Positions 1 to 9,866 of a stretch of 54,057 nt of DNA are shown here, one piece after another (position 1 is the stretch's first letter; every line of letters starts with the position of its first letter). The DNA is from a virus. The position numbers and the translations under genes are program-made. Location of the stretch: the IMG/VR virus record IMGVR_UViG_3300048588_000062; one strand, written 5' to 3'. A model generated the notes under the pieces. It was given only the letters and a program-made list of their open reading frames with translations. It did no database searches and was not told the DNA's origin.

Positions 1-3000
1 TCCACCGCGATGGCCGGTGACCTGTACATGACGGTGGACAGTGAGAACCGGGTGCTCATCAACCGCATCGGGTTCTCCATGCCGGACGAGACCCAGCGCA
101 CGGAACTGCTGACCGCCTGGGCGGAGCCGGCCGGCGGCAACGCGGTCATTGATCTGCGGATCGCGTTCGGCCCGAGCACACCGGAGAATCTGCAGACCGT
201 TCCTCCCCCGTTCTTCATCGACAGCCAGGAGTACACCCGTGACGGGCTGACGGTGCAGGGCACGTACAACCTGTTCCGCAACATGAAGATCACCTACGAG
301 GGGCAGGGCGGTAAGACCACCACGTCTCCGGTGCAGGACGGGCTGCGCGTGTCGCACGCGCTGTCCGACAACGGGGTGGGTGTGTCGTCGATGGTGTCGA
401 CCAACACCAGCGGGGACAAGAGTGTCGTCAAGGGTCTGGTGACGAACTTCGCGGACCTGTTCATGATGACCGGCGTGGACTTCCGTCACCTGATGGTCGA
501 TTACTTCTACGGCCCGAGCAAGAACGGCCCGCTGACCAACCGGCCCGAGGACGACTTCGAGGCCAAGTGGACCACCGTGCAGGTGTTCCTCGATCGCTGG
601 TCGAAGCTCGAGTCGGACATGACGGCCACTCAGGTCGCCAAGATGTTGGACTTCCAGAACGAGACGGTGGCCGCGTTGCAGCAGTCCAACGAGATCGGTG
701 CGGCCCTGTACACCACGGACTGGCTGCCGCGGATCGCGCAGCAGGGGTCGACGGTCACCCCGCAGGACCGGGTCGCGCACATCCTGCTGATGACACTGCT
801 GATCCCCGGCATCACCCCGAACATGGTGATGAGCAACCCCGGTCTGCTGTCCGTAAAGGATCCGAAGGACAAGACGTTGCAGATCCGCCGGCTGCCACCG
901 GTCATGACGCAGGCCTTCAACGATGTGTCCATGCCGGAGATGCGGCAAATGCTGATCGACTGGGCAAACGAGTCGATGTCGACGCACGTCGACAGCAACG
1001 GCGACACGTACCGCAGTGCCTGGTTCGATTCGACATTCCGCTTCAACGTGGTGATGGAGCAGGTCGATCCGAACGGGGACATCCAGCAGATGGTGCGGCG
1101 GGGCTACGCGCAGCTCGAGACGCTGGTGGCCTCGGACGAGAACCCGGTGACATTGGCCTTCGCGCACAAGAACTCCCGCTCGATGTCGATGCACAACGCC
1201 CGTGTCGCCGCGGCTCAGGGTGGCTCGGTGGTGATCGAGTCCAAGCCGTTGACCAAGGACAACACCCCGATCCCGACGGTGATCGACGAGGTGTACGGCG
1301 ACAACACGGTGATCCGGTTCGACGAGGACCAGACCGTGCTGTGGGATCTGGTGACCCGGATCATGCCGGACACCGGCCCGGTCAGCCCTGCCAAGTACAT
1401 GACGCCGATGGAGGGTGTCCACTACAAGGAGTCGGTCAAGGAACAGATCGTCTACCAGCAGCCGGTGGACAAGGACGGCTGGGACGGGACTGCGGTCGTC
1501 GAGGCGATCAAGTTCCTGAAGTACCTGAACATGGACTCCCGCAGGGATCTGATCGAGGTGGACTATCTGGTGCGCCAGTGGTACGGAGCGCCTGGTCCTC
1601 GGGAGGATCAGAAGTCCGACTGGATCGAACAGATCACGGAGAAGGACTACCTCGAAGCGGTCACCGCGATGATGACCAACGTGGAGAAGAAGATGCACCC
1701 GCTGCACAACGGGATGGTCCCGTTGGAGCATTCGGCGTTTTGGACGAAGCTGTACAAGGCGCAGCAGGGTGCGAGGAAGCCGTGGGCGCCGCTACGCAAG
1801 AACGGCCGGCGCAAGCGGATCGCGGCCTACACGCTGGACGAGTGGACGACCACCCTGCTGGGTCAGGTCTTCGACTCGTACAACGAGTTCCAGGCCATCT
1901 ACCGCACCGCACTGGACGGGTTCTGGCGCACGTACCAGGGCATCACGCCGACGTTCGCCGAGACGCTTGTCTCACTGGACAAGTCGCTGTCGCTGAAACT
2001 GCTCGACCCCGACACGAACCGGCAGTACCTGTCGATCGACCCGAGCGTCCGTGCGCTGATGCACGACCCGCCGATCTACGAGTCGATGAAACTGAACTGG
2101 CGGACCCTGTCCGGCCATGACCCGGTGGTGGACCGGGACGCGATGGACGGGGTGACCGAGTCCAGCTGGCGTCACTACGACGAGAAGCGCAAGGCGTGGA
2201 TACGCAAGAACGGTGTGACCAAGCAGCAGAAGACGTCGATGATCGACTATGCGCGGCAGGGTGCCACGTACCAGGAGTCGGTCAAGACGACCAACTCGTT
2301 CTTCCGCAACGTGTACCACGTCTCGATCGTGAACCGGCTGTTCAACCCGGCACTGTGGACCAGCGCCATGTTCGAGGTGTTCTTCTACAACCAGCTCGAG
2401 AAGGTCACCGATGTCGTGGCCGGGACCGACACCGGTTGGCGCGGCAAGATGATGGCGGCGGCCAGTGAGACCCCGCTGGGCAAACTGATGGGTCTGACTC
2501 CTCGGTACACCGTGGCGGACTACGACCCGTTGGAGCGGATCATCAAGCGGCTGGGTTCCTCGGTGGAGTGGGCCGGTGAGGTGTTCGGCGAGATCACGTT
2601 CTCCACGATGGTCGAACCGGGGGCGCACATCGACGAGGAGGGTCAGCTCGTCTACGGCGCGTCCGGTCGCTTCGGCCGGCTGTTGGAACGCATGGCCACG
2701 GGCACGGCCCGGACGATGAACGACCCGCGGCTGGGTATGCGGCAGACCTCGGCGGCACGACGGTACATCGGGGCTGCCCTCGAGTACCTGGAGATGACGA
2801 ACAACCTGATTCCGCTGGAGACGCTGGCCACGCTGATCGAGCAGGATCCCCTGTGGCTGCAGAAGAACTTCCCCGAGACAGGACCAGGCCCTCACCGTAT
2901 GGGCCTGAACGCTGTGGCGCATATCCGGTCGACGAAGAACTCCGCACTGGCGAAGGGGATCATGTCACCGATCGACACGTTGACGAACGCGGAGAACGTG

Positions 3001-5181
3001 ATCGTCAACGGCATCGGCTACGCCTTGAAGATCCCCTTCGCGTTCACCCGGTTCAACGCCACCACGTTCATGAACCTGACCGGTCTGTCCGGTATGGACC
3101 AGGCGGTGGCGATGATGCTGGGCGGCCGGCAGAAACCGGCGTTCATGCGCAAGGTCGGCGCGTTCTCCCGAGGCGAGAACTACAAGCCTGACACGGTGGA
3201 CACCATCAACATGGATGACGTCATTGAAACCCTGGACCTGTCGCGACTGTTCCTGCGCGGACTGGTGACCCAGACCGGTCTGATGGCGATGGGGTTCCTC
3301 GGCGCCAACCTGTTCAGCTTGGGAGGGGAGACGGACGAGGAACGGCGGCGGCGTAAGATCGCGCAGTTCCTGGATCTCCCCCAGGTCTACGATCCGCGGG
3401 AACTGCAGAACGACTTCCGTCAGGCCGACGCGATCTTCGTGGACAACATCCCGGTGCTCAACCGCATCTTCTACAACGAGGACACCGGGCGCTCAACGAT
3501 CGTGCCGCACTGGATGATCCAGCAGTTCACCTCCCCGATCATGGGCATGACACGGTTCTTCGAGACCGGTGACGTGCGCAACATCGCGTGGGGGTTCCTC
3601 GATGCGATCTCGGTGCTGCCCACTTCGGCGATCCGGTTGTGGCACGACGCCGACCTGACAGCCACCTTGCTGATGCAGGACGCGCAGGCGCTCGCCGGGG
3701 AGAACGCCGATGTCGCCAGGGATCGCGCGATGTGGACGGTCATCAACGTGGTCGGGTTGTACGAGCGGGCCCTGGTGGAGAACCAGTTCATCAACGCGCT
3801 GCGCAATGCCGGCGACCCGCTCGACCGCAACCCGTACGCGGTTCCCGACACCACCAAGTTGGGGCAGGTCATCAAGATCGACGGTGAGCCGGTCAGCACC
3901 GATGCGCTCAAGGCTTACGTCTCCGATCGCAACGGCCAGCCGCAGGCCGGTGTCGGATACGACACCCGCACCGGGTGGAACGCGGCGCTCCACCAGTACG
4001 CCGAGAACAACCTGATGGCCGCTCTGGGGCTGTCGCTGCTCTCCGGTCAGCCCAACAGCGACAGCACCTTCTTCCGGGAGAACATGGTTCCCCGTGGGCG
4101 CGAAGTCCCGGTCGAGCGGACTGTCCGCAAAGATGCGGAGGCCATTCTGCTCGCCCGGTGGAAGGGTGCCGGCGGTATGCCCTTCATGACCAAAGAGGAG
4201 ATCATCCGGGTCATCAAGGCGCGGGAGGAGGGGGCCGGCCGCTGGTGGAAGCAGGACCAGGTCGAGGCCGAGGCCGACGCGGTGTGGAAGGCGATGAAGA
4301 ACGACAACGCCACGCCGACCTTCATCGACAAGAACTCCCGCGAGATCCTGAACGACCCTGGTGCCACCGGCATCATCAAGTCGTTGATGGCCGGAGTCGT
4401 GGACTTCAGTGACCCGGCGTTGCAGGGCATCTACATCACCCAGGAGATGCGCGACCGGATCGGTCAGCAGTGGCTGGAAGAGCTGGTGCAGGAAGGTGTC
4501 GACTACGGGTTGTCGTACGAGTCGGCGCAGTACCGGGCACGACGGTTCTGGTACGGCGACCCCACTCGACCGGAGACTCCGGGGCTGCGGGAGTTGCTGT
4601 ACTCCAAGCAGATCCCCGACAGGCCGACGGCGAACTACACCCAGCTCAACGTGCGGTACACGATCGGCCCGGACGGAAAGCCGTGGGCCACACCGTACGC
4701 CCGTAACTCGTTCCTCGGGACGATCCTTCCGGTCCCCACCGGCATCAAGCCGGCGGCACCGGGGATGCGCCTGGACGAGCGTGGCAACTCGGTGGACGAG
4801 GTGCGCGGCATCAACACCGGCCTGGCCGCGCTGAAACCCAACCTGGTCGAGAGCCAGGTCGAGGCCAATGACAAGCCGTTGGAGCGGGCGCTGGCGAAAC
4901 GGTACACACCGTCGCAGGCCGAACGCGGCAACTCCTATGGCGGGTTCCGCCGAGGCTACTACCGCAGCGGCGGCTGGGGTGGCGGTGGCGGCTGGGGTGG
5001 CTACAGCAGTAGCGGCGGTGGCGGTGCGTACTTCACCCGCACGAACCCCTACCCGCGCAGGTACGGCCCGAACCCCAACGGGATTCCGGCGATCAACTCC
5101 AACACGCCGTACGTGCGGCGTGCCAGCATTCGGCGAGAACGGTTCTCGTCTGAACGAGGAAGGCTGAAGCAATGGCAGTAG
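1..5181 (+). CDS. Giant virion-type protein, C-terminal part. It continues 44568..54057 through the contig junction; the full ORF is 14,544 nt / 4,847 aa.
   Basis: The frame is open from base 1 (TCC ACC GCG ATG ...). Bases 1-127 equal 53931-54057, and base 1 and base 53931 are both first codon positions of the frame opened by ATG 44568. Stop TAG is at 5179-5181. GC3 is uniformly high. A Gly/Tyr/Arg-rich tail lies at 4936-5033. Confidence 0.85.
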   Translation, partial: STAMAGDLYMTVDSENRVLINRIGFSMPDETQRTELLTAWAEPAGGNAVIDLRIAFGPSTPENLQTVPPPFFIDSQEYTRDGLTVQGTYNLFRNMKITYEGQGGKTTTSPVQDGLRVSHALSDNGVGVSSMVSTNTSGDKSVVKGLVTNFADLFMMTGVDFRHLMVDYFYGPSKNGPLTNRPEDDFEAKWTTVQVFLDRWSKLESDMTATQVAKMLDFQNETVAALQQSNEIGAALYTTDWLPRIAQQGSTVTPQDRVAHILLMTLLIPGITPNMVMSNPGLLSVKDPKDKTLQIRRLPPVMTQAFNDVSMPEMRQMLIDWANESMSTHVDSNGDTYRSAWFDSTFRFNVVMEQVDPNGDIQQMVRRGYAQLETLVASDENPVTLAFAHKNSRSMSMHNARVAAAQGGSVVIESKPLTKDNTPIPTVIDEVYGDNTVIRFDEDQTVLWDLVTRIMPDTGPVSPAKYMTPMEGVHYKESVKEQIVYQQPVDKDGWDGTAVVEAIKFLKYLNMDSRRDLIEVDYLVRQWYGAPGPREDQKSDWIEQITEKDYLEAVTAMMTNVEKKMHPLHNGMVPLEHSAFWTKLYKAQQGARKPWAPLRKNGRRKRIAAYTLDEWTTTLLGQVFDSYNEFQAIYRTALDGFWRTYQGITPTFAETLVSLDKSLSLKLLDPDTNRQYLSIDPSVRALMHDPPIYESMKLNWRTLSGHDPVVDRDAMDGVTESSWRHYDEKRKAWIRKNGVTKQQKTSMIDYARQGATYQESVKTTNSFFRNVYHVSIVNRLFNPALWTSAMFEVFFYNQLEKVTDVVAGTDTGWRGKMMAAASETPLGKLMGLTPRYTVADYDPLERIIKRLGSSVEWAGEVFGEITFSTMVEPGAHIDEEGQLVYGASGRFGRLLERMATGTARTMNDPRLGMRQTSAARRYIGAALEYLEMTNNLIPLETLATLIEQDPLWLQKNFPETGPGPHRMGLNAVAHIRSTKNSALAKGIMSPIDTLTNAENVIVNGIGYALKIPFAFTRFNATTFMNLTGLSGMDQAVAMMLGGRQKPAFMRKVGAFSRGENYKPDTVDTINMDDVIETLDLSRLFLRGLVTQTGLMAMGFLGANLFSLGGETDEERRRRKIAQFLDLPQVYDPRELQNDFRQADAIFVDNIPVLNRIFYNEDTGRSTIVPHWMIQQFTSPIMGMTRFFETGDVRNIAWGFLDAISVLPTSAIRLWHDADLTATLLMQDAQALAGENADVARDRAMWTVINVVGLYERALVENQFINALRNAGDPLDRNPYAVPDTTKLGQVIKIDGEPVSTDALKAYVSDRNGQPQAGVGYDTRTGWNAALHQYAENNLMAALGLSLLSGQPNSDSTFFRENMVPRGREVPVERTVRKDAEAILLARWKGAGGMPFMTKEEIIRVIKAREEGAGRWWKQDQVEAEADAVWKAMKNDNATPTFIDKNSREILNDPGATGIIKSLMAGVVDFSDPALQGIYITQEMRDRIGQQWLEELVQEGVDYGLSYESAQYRARRFWYGDPTRPETPGLRELLYSKQIPDRPTANYTQLNVRYTIGPDGKPWATPYARNSFLGTILPVPTGIKPAAPGMRLDERGNSVDEVRGINTGLAALKPNLVESQVEANDKPLERALAKRYTPSQAERGNSYGGFRRGYYRSGGWGGGGGWGGYSSSGGGGAYFTRTNPYPRRYGPNPNGIPAINSNTPYVRRASIRRERFSSERGRLKQWQ

Positions 5182-7157
5182 ACGTGGATTACGCTCCGGT
5201 CGCCTCATTCGAGGACTGGTACGAGGAGTATCGGATTGATCCCCGCAACGGATGTCTCGATGTGCGAGGCATCGGCCCGAAGGGCCAGCGGCTCCATCAG
5301 ATGTTCCAGCGATACAAGTCGGAGATGGACGCCCGTGTATCCACGTACGACAAGTTGGAGAAGCTGGCCGACGGTGCGGTGATCAGTCCGAAACCGGATC
5401 TGCCCAACATCTCCTCGGGGGAGACGGCCGGGCTGATCCGGCGGATCGCGCGCAACCTGGTGCAGAACACCCCGAACGTGGAGGTGCTGTCCCGGTTCGA
5501 CGACGATTCGATCCAGGGGATCTTCGCCCGGCACATTCTCACCACCAAGGTGATCGGCTCCGACGAGTACAGCAACGACATGCAGCAGAACCTGTTCGCG
5601 TCGGTGAAGTCGGCACTGACCCTCGGGTTCGACACGGTGATCCCGGTGCTGTTGCAGGACGCCGCGGGCGGCTGGTACATGAAGTACGACGCCATCCACT
5701 ACCGGGACGTGTTCCCCGACCCGGGTGCCAAGGATGTGCGCCAGGCGCAGAACGTGTTCGTGCGCAGGTATCTGACCAAGGCCGAGGTCCACGCCATGAT
5801 TCAGGACACCCCGGTCGGTTGGGATGTCAACGCGCTGCGGTCGCTGTTGGTCAGCGCACCGTACGGCCGCTCCCGCGAGTCGGTGGATTACCAGTCCAAG
5901 AAGTTCGGGATCATCCCCGAGGGCTACGAGATCATCACCTGGTACTCGTCGTCCGGCCAGCCGTTCCTCACGTTCTCCCCACACACGAAGCACCTGCTGC
6001 GCATCGAGCGGAACAAGCACCCGCTGAAGTTGCACCCGGTTCACTTCCTGGTGTTGGAGAAGGACAGCCAGCAGCCGCTGGGCAAGTCACAGGTGGAGCT
6101 GCTGATCGGCCGGCAGGACTTTCAGGATCTGATGCTCAACGGTGCGATGAAGCTGTGGTACCGCAACATCAACCCGAGCATCCTGGGCTACGGCGCGGTC
6201 AACGCGATCCCGAACCTCAGCCCCGGCAAGTACACCCAGATCTCCAACCCGAACGCGAAGATCGAAGCGTTCGAGGTGAACACCCAGACACTGATGCAGT
6301 ACGGCCAGATCAGCCAGCAGAACCTGGGCAGCATGGTGAACCTGATCGGGTCCGCCGACCAGCAGATGGCGACCCAGGCCGGTAACGGGATGTCGGCCAC
6401 ACCACAGGGTGTCGAGGCCCAGCAGGCGATGGTGGACATCACCACGAACAACTACCAGAAGGCGATCGAGTCGTTCTTCAGTCACTACTGCTCGTACGCG
6501 CTGACGGTGTACTTCGCCGAGTTGCGGGCTGTGAAGAAGGTGGAGCCGACAGCCGACGCCCGAGTGAAACTGCTCAGGGCCGGGCTGCCGACCGAGACAC
6601 TGAACGAGGACGGCACGCTCGACATCGACTTCAACGATCTCTCCGTCGAATACTGGGTACGTGCGGTGCCCGGCTCCCTGGTGGAGATGGAGGACGAGAA
6701 GCAGCTGCGCATCCTCAACCAACTGTTCGTCCCGCTGTCACAGGCGATGCCGGCGCTGGCCGCTGCACAGGACCAACAGATGCTGACACAGGCCGCCAAG
6801 GCGATGCAGTACATCATCGCCAAGCAGATAGAACTGTCCGGCTCCGCGTCCGCGAAGGACATCGGGTTGATGTGGAAAGGCGATGTCGAGGCTGTCGACG
6901 AACGTGACCGCCGTATCGAGATGGTCGAGAGTGAACTCACATCCTTGGAGACAGGGATGGGTGATCTGGTGTTGATGCAGGGTAACGCGCTGAGCCAACT
7001 GCAGGATCAGATGAGCATGATGCGGGAGGCACAGCAACTCCTGATGGAGAAGCTAGGTGTGTTGGAGACACCAACTGGTGTCGAGGAGCCGCAAGATCAG
7101 ATGGGGTCTTCGACACCATTGATGAACCCCTCTAGCGTTATCACTGCCAGCGCCTGA
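5172..7157 (+). CDS. Portal protein (putative, positional)
   Basis: 661-aa ORF whose ATG overlaps the giant-ORF stop (ATGGCAGTAG). It sits directly upstream of the capsid-like gene. Size and position fit a podovirus portal, but I recognise no diagnostic motif. Confidence 0.5.
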   Translation: MAVDVDYAPVASFEDWYEEYRIDPRNGCLDVRGIGPKGQRLHQMFQRYKSEMDARVSTYDKLEKLADGAVISPKPDLPNISSGETAGLIRRIARNLVQNTPNVEVLSRFDDDSIQGIFARHILTTKVIGSDEYSNDMQQNLFASVKSALTLGFDTVIPVLLQDAAGGWYMKYDAIHYRDVFPDPGAKDVRQAQNVFVRRYLTKAEVHAMIQDTPVGWDVNALRSLLVSAPYGRSRESVDYQSKKFGIIPEGYEIITWYSSSGQPFLTFSPHTKHLLRIERNKHPLKLHPVHFLVLEKDSQQPLGKSQVELLIGRQDFQDLMLNGAMKLWYRNINPSILGYGAVNAIPNLSPGKYTQISNPNAKIEAFEVNTQTLMQYGQISQQNLGSMVNLIGSADQQMATQAGNGMSATPQGVEAQQAMVDITTNNYQKAIESFFSHYCSYALTVYFAELRAVKKVEPTADARVKLLRAGLPTETLNEDGTLDIDFNDLSVEYWVRAVPGSLVEMEDEKQLRILNQLFVPLSQAMPALAAAQDQQMLTQAAKAMQYIIAKQIELSGSASAKDIGLMWKGDVEAVDERDRRIEMVESELTSLETGMGDLVLMQGNALSQLQDQMSMMREAQQLLMEKLGVLETPTGVEEPQDQMGSSTPLMNPSSVITASA

Positions 7158-7191
7158 TCTTCAGGCCTAACCACACAAAGGAGTACGCGAC

Positions 7192-8556
7192 ATGGTCGCA
7201 CCAGTCCAGAAGGACAGCCTGACCGACTATCAGGTCGCTCTGGCCACATACCTTCGCATCACCAGTCCCGTGGCCGGGATGTTCACTGGGTCGGAGATCA
7301 AGCCGAACCCGAACGCCCGCAGCATCCGCGTCCCCGACATCCGTGTCGATGACTACATCGTGGACGCCGACATCAGCCGTATCGGGGCCGACCACTACTC
7401 CGGCAGTGAGTACACCGCCGAGTGGAAGAACGGCATCCCGCCGATCGAGTGGCGCACCTACTCGATGAGCCGGCACCGTTCCTTCGGCTTCACCGTGTTC
7501 GACGAGCAGCTGCGCTACAGCCCGATCAAGAACATCGTGCAGGAGTACACCGGCCGCAAGATGCAGACCACCGTGCTGCGCGACCACGACAAATACTGTC
7601 TGCTCGCAGCGGTCCAGGGCCACATGACCGGCAAGCTGGTTCCCCGCCTGTCCACTGAGACACCGGCACCGCAGACCACGGGTGCCGAGCGCATCGCCTG
7701 CACCGGCAACGCCGCGGACTACCGCTGGATCGCCGAACCCGGTGAGGACAGCGACAACCAGATCCAGCCGTCGTTCGCCACCATCAAGGGCATGTACCTC
7801 GATGACACCGATCCGCTGTCGACGCTGGATGCCCTGTCGCTGCTGTTCAGCGACAACTGGTTCGACAGCAACTTCGGCAACAACGAGCGGTTCCTGCTCA
7901 TCACCAGCGCCCTCGAGCTCGTGTTCATCAACGCGCTCATCGACAAGGGTGCCGGAACCGAGTCGGCGTTCAAGCTGTACAAGGACGGCGACATCTCAGG
8001 GGCGAATGCTTCCGGCTACCTCGGCACCCTGAAGGGGTCGTGGAAGCTGGTCAAGATCCACCCCGAGTTCCTGCCGAAGGTGTTCACCGACACCAACCTC
8101 GTTGTCGATCCTGTCGCCTCGACGGCCACCGCCGGCCGTACGCTGCGTCAGGTCGTGGCGCTGGCCGCGTACAAGAACGCGATCCAGACCTACGAGCACT
8201 TCAGCGAGCGTCGGGAGCAGGACGGCGGCACCCGGTTCAAGGGAACCGAGTACGTGCAGGACTTCTCCTACGACTGCTGGGTGATCGACCAGCTCTCCGA
8301 AGGAGTGGTCCCGTTGTTCCTGCCCGCCTCCACCACCAACCTGCAGGTCGTCGGTGACTCGTTCACCTTCGTGGCGAACAAGGTGGCCGCGGCCCGTGCG
8401 CAGATGGGTGTCTCCCCCGAGACCTACCCGCTGTCCGGACCGAACACGCTCAAGTCCACGCCGGAGTGGTTCCACTCGCCGTACAACGCGACGAGCAACC
8501 TCGACACCGGCCTGCCGGTTCAGTCGGCCGGCGACGTCGCACACAACCAGCGATAG
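7192..8556 (+). CDS. Major capsid protein (putative, positional)
   Basis: 454-aa ORF with a strong SD (AAAGGAG) upstream of the ATG. It follows the portal-like gene and is followed, after a small ORF, by a strong stem-loop at 8755-8787. Confidence 0.5.
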   Translation: MVAPVQKDSLTDYQVALATYLRITSPVAGMFTGSEIKPNPNARSIRVPDIRVDDYIVDADISRIGADHYSGSEYTAEWKNGIPPIEWRTYSMSRHRSFGFTVFDEQLRYSPIKNIVQEYTGRKMQTTVLRDHDKYCLLAAVQGHMTGKLVPRLSTETPAPQTTGAERIACTGNAADYRWIAEPGEDSDNQIQPSFATIKGMYLDDTDPLSTLDALSLLFSDNWFDSNFGNNERFLLITSALELVFINALIDKGAGTESAFKLYKDGDISGANASGYLGTLKGSWKLVKIHPEFLPKVFTDTNLVVDPVASTATAGRTLRQVVALAAYKNAIQTYEHFSERREQDGGTRFKGTEYVQDFSYDCWVIDQLSEGVVPLFLPASTTNLQVVGDSFTFVANKVAAARAQMGVSPETYPLSGPNTLKSTPEWFHSPYNATSNLDTGLPVQSAGDVAHNQR

Positions 8557-8565
8557 GTTGCAGAC

Positions 8566-8745
8566 ATGGAACAGCTCATCGAACTGCTCAAGCAGATTCA
8601 GGAACTGGCCGGTGTTGCGATCGACGCGCTGGAAGGTGCGGCCGGTGGCGGCGAAGGTGGTCCCGAGGGCGGCGGCGAAGCCCCAGCACCGCAAGGTGAA
8701 GGCGGCGGCGGCGAAGCTCCCGAGGAGATGCCTCCAGGCCAGTAG
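8566..8745 (+). CDS. Small acidic Gly/Glu-rich protein (59 aa, below the track cutoff)
   Basis: ATG 8566 to TAG 8743-8745 encodes MEQLIELLKQIQELAGVAIDALEGAAGGGEGGPEGGGEAPAPQGEGGGGEAPEEMPPGQ. Codon bias is acceptable and the SD is weak. Confidence 0.4.
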   Translation: MEQLIELLKQIQELAGVAIDALEGAAGGGEGGPEGGGEAPAPQGEGGGGEAPEEMPPGQ

Positions 8746-8754
8746 GAGTGAGGA

Positions 8755-8787
8755 GGAACCGGCCCGAATTGAGGGCGGGCCGGTTCC
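8755..8787 (+). terminator. Stem-loop after the capsid region (12-bp perfect stem)
   Basis: GGAACCGGCCCG (8755-8766), a 9-nt loop, then CGGGCCGGTTCC (8776-8787). A pyrimidine-rich stretch follows, but there is no clean U-tract. Confidence 0.45.
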
Positions 8788-8811
8788 TCTCTCCTGGGAA
8801 AGGGACCACGC

Positions 8812-9504
8812 ATGGCCATCGGTAACACCCCCCGACGTGAGACCAACATCGCTGTCGAAGCGAACAAGTCGTTCACCTTCGGCGTCTACTTCAAGGCGTC
8901 GGACGGAACCCCTGTCGATCTCACCGGCAGCACGCTGCGATTCGTCGCGGCCGAACTCGGGCATCGCGGCGGCACCGAGGTACTGTCAGCGATCGCCGTC
9001 TCTGACGCCGACAACAAGGCGATGCAGCACTTCGAGTTCCAGGCCGACGACCTGGCGCTCCCGCCCAACACCTACGTCTACGACATCACCTTGATCCCAC
9101 AGTCCGGCTATTCGATCCCCGTGTTGAAGGGGAACTTCGAGATAGGCCGGAACACCGACGACTACATCGGCAACGTGTACAGCGGTGTCGCCACCGGTAC
9201 GGATGTGACGGTCCTGCTCGGTGAACGGGATGTTGTCGAGGTGACAGTGGAACGGGTCGACGGCCTGTTCATGCTGGTCACCGAACTCATCAAGGACTTC
9301 CGCGATGAGATCGCAGCAGCCACCATCACCCTGGAAGAACTGGTCAACCAGTCCCAAGGTTCCGCGGACCTGGCCGCCAGTTACGCCAACGAACTGCGGG
9401 AGTGGTTCAACTCGGTCGGCTTCCCGTTCTGGAAGGGGACGCAGGCCGAGTACGACGCGCTGCCGGAGAAGAACCCACTGGCCCTGTATCTGATCGTCGC
9501 CTGA
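8812..9504 (+). CDS. Tail fibre or appendage protein with an N-terminal Ig-like domain
   Basis: 230 aa. The N-terminal beta-rich domain (FTFGVYFKASDGTPVDLTGSTLRF ... YVYDITL ... LKGNFEIGRN) resembles domains in actinophage minor tail proteins. The C-terminal WKGTQAEYDALPEKNPLALYLIV motif is common at fibre termini. Assigned from memory. Confidence 0.45.
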   Translation: MAIGNTPRRETNIAVEANKSFTFGVYFKASDGTPVDLTGSTLRFVAAELGHRGGTEVLSAIAVSDADNKAMQHFEFQADDLALPPNTYVYDITLIPQSGYSIPVLKGNFEIGRNTDDYIGNVYSGVATGTDVTVLLGERDVVEVTVERVDGLFMLVTELIKDFRDEIAAATITLEELVNQSQGSADLAASYANELREWFNSVGFPFWKGTQAEYDALPEKNPLALYLIVA

Positions 9505-9512
9505 GGAGGATC

Positions 9513-9866
9513 ATGCCGAACATTGATGCCAGACCTCAGATCGTCGACATCGACCACTACGCAGGGGACACCCTTACCATCCATGTGAAGATCGCCCCCG
9601 AGCTGATCGGAGATCGGACGTTCTTCGCGCAGGTGCGGTCCAAGCGAGACAGCCAACGCCTGGACGCCTCGTTCCAGGTGCGCGTGGAATCCTGGGGCGC
9701 GGACCTGATCCTGCTGCACGAGGACTGTCAACGTCTGGCACGACGCGGGAAGTATGTCGGCTTCTGGGATGTGCAACTGTCCGAGGCCGACGGGTCGGAC
9801 CCGGTGGTGACCCTCGCCAACGGTGAACTGCGTATCCACCCCGATGTGACGAGGTTGCCCTCATGA
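9513..9866 (+). CDS. Small Ig-like tail-associated protein
   Basis: I prefer the start at ATG 9513, preceded by GAGGAGGA, over the longer track start at 9402. The sequence [12 protein letters not shown] ... YVGFWDVQL ... [10 protein letters not shown] resembles the same Ig-like fold as the preceding gene. Confidence 0.45.
   Translation: MPNIDARPQIVDIDHYAGDTLTIHVKIAPELIGDRTFFAQVRSKRDSQRLDASFQVRVESWGADLILLHEDCQRLARRGKYVGFWDVQLSEADGSDPVVTLANGELRIHPDVTRLPS

Noticed and set aside
1-5181. T7/N4-type single-subunit RNA polymerase motifs (motif A D-x-x-x-x-D, motif B R-x3-K-x7-YG, motif C HDS) in the giant protein
   Set aside because: I could not find a convincing ordered set of these motifs by eye in either half. 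The only polymerase-like signature I can support is the two-barrel DHDGD region. Lytic transglycosylase or peptidase motifs were also not recognisable.
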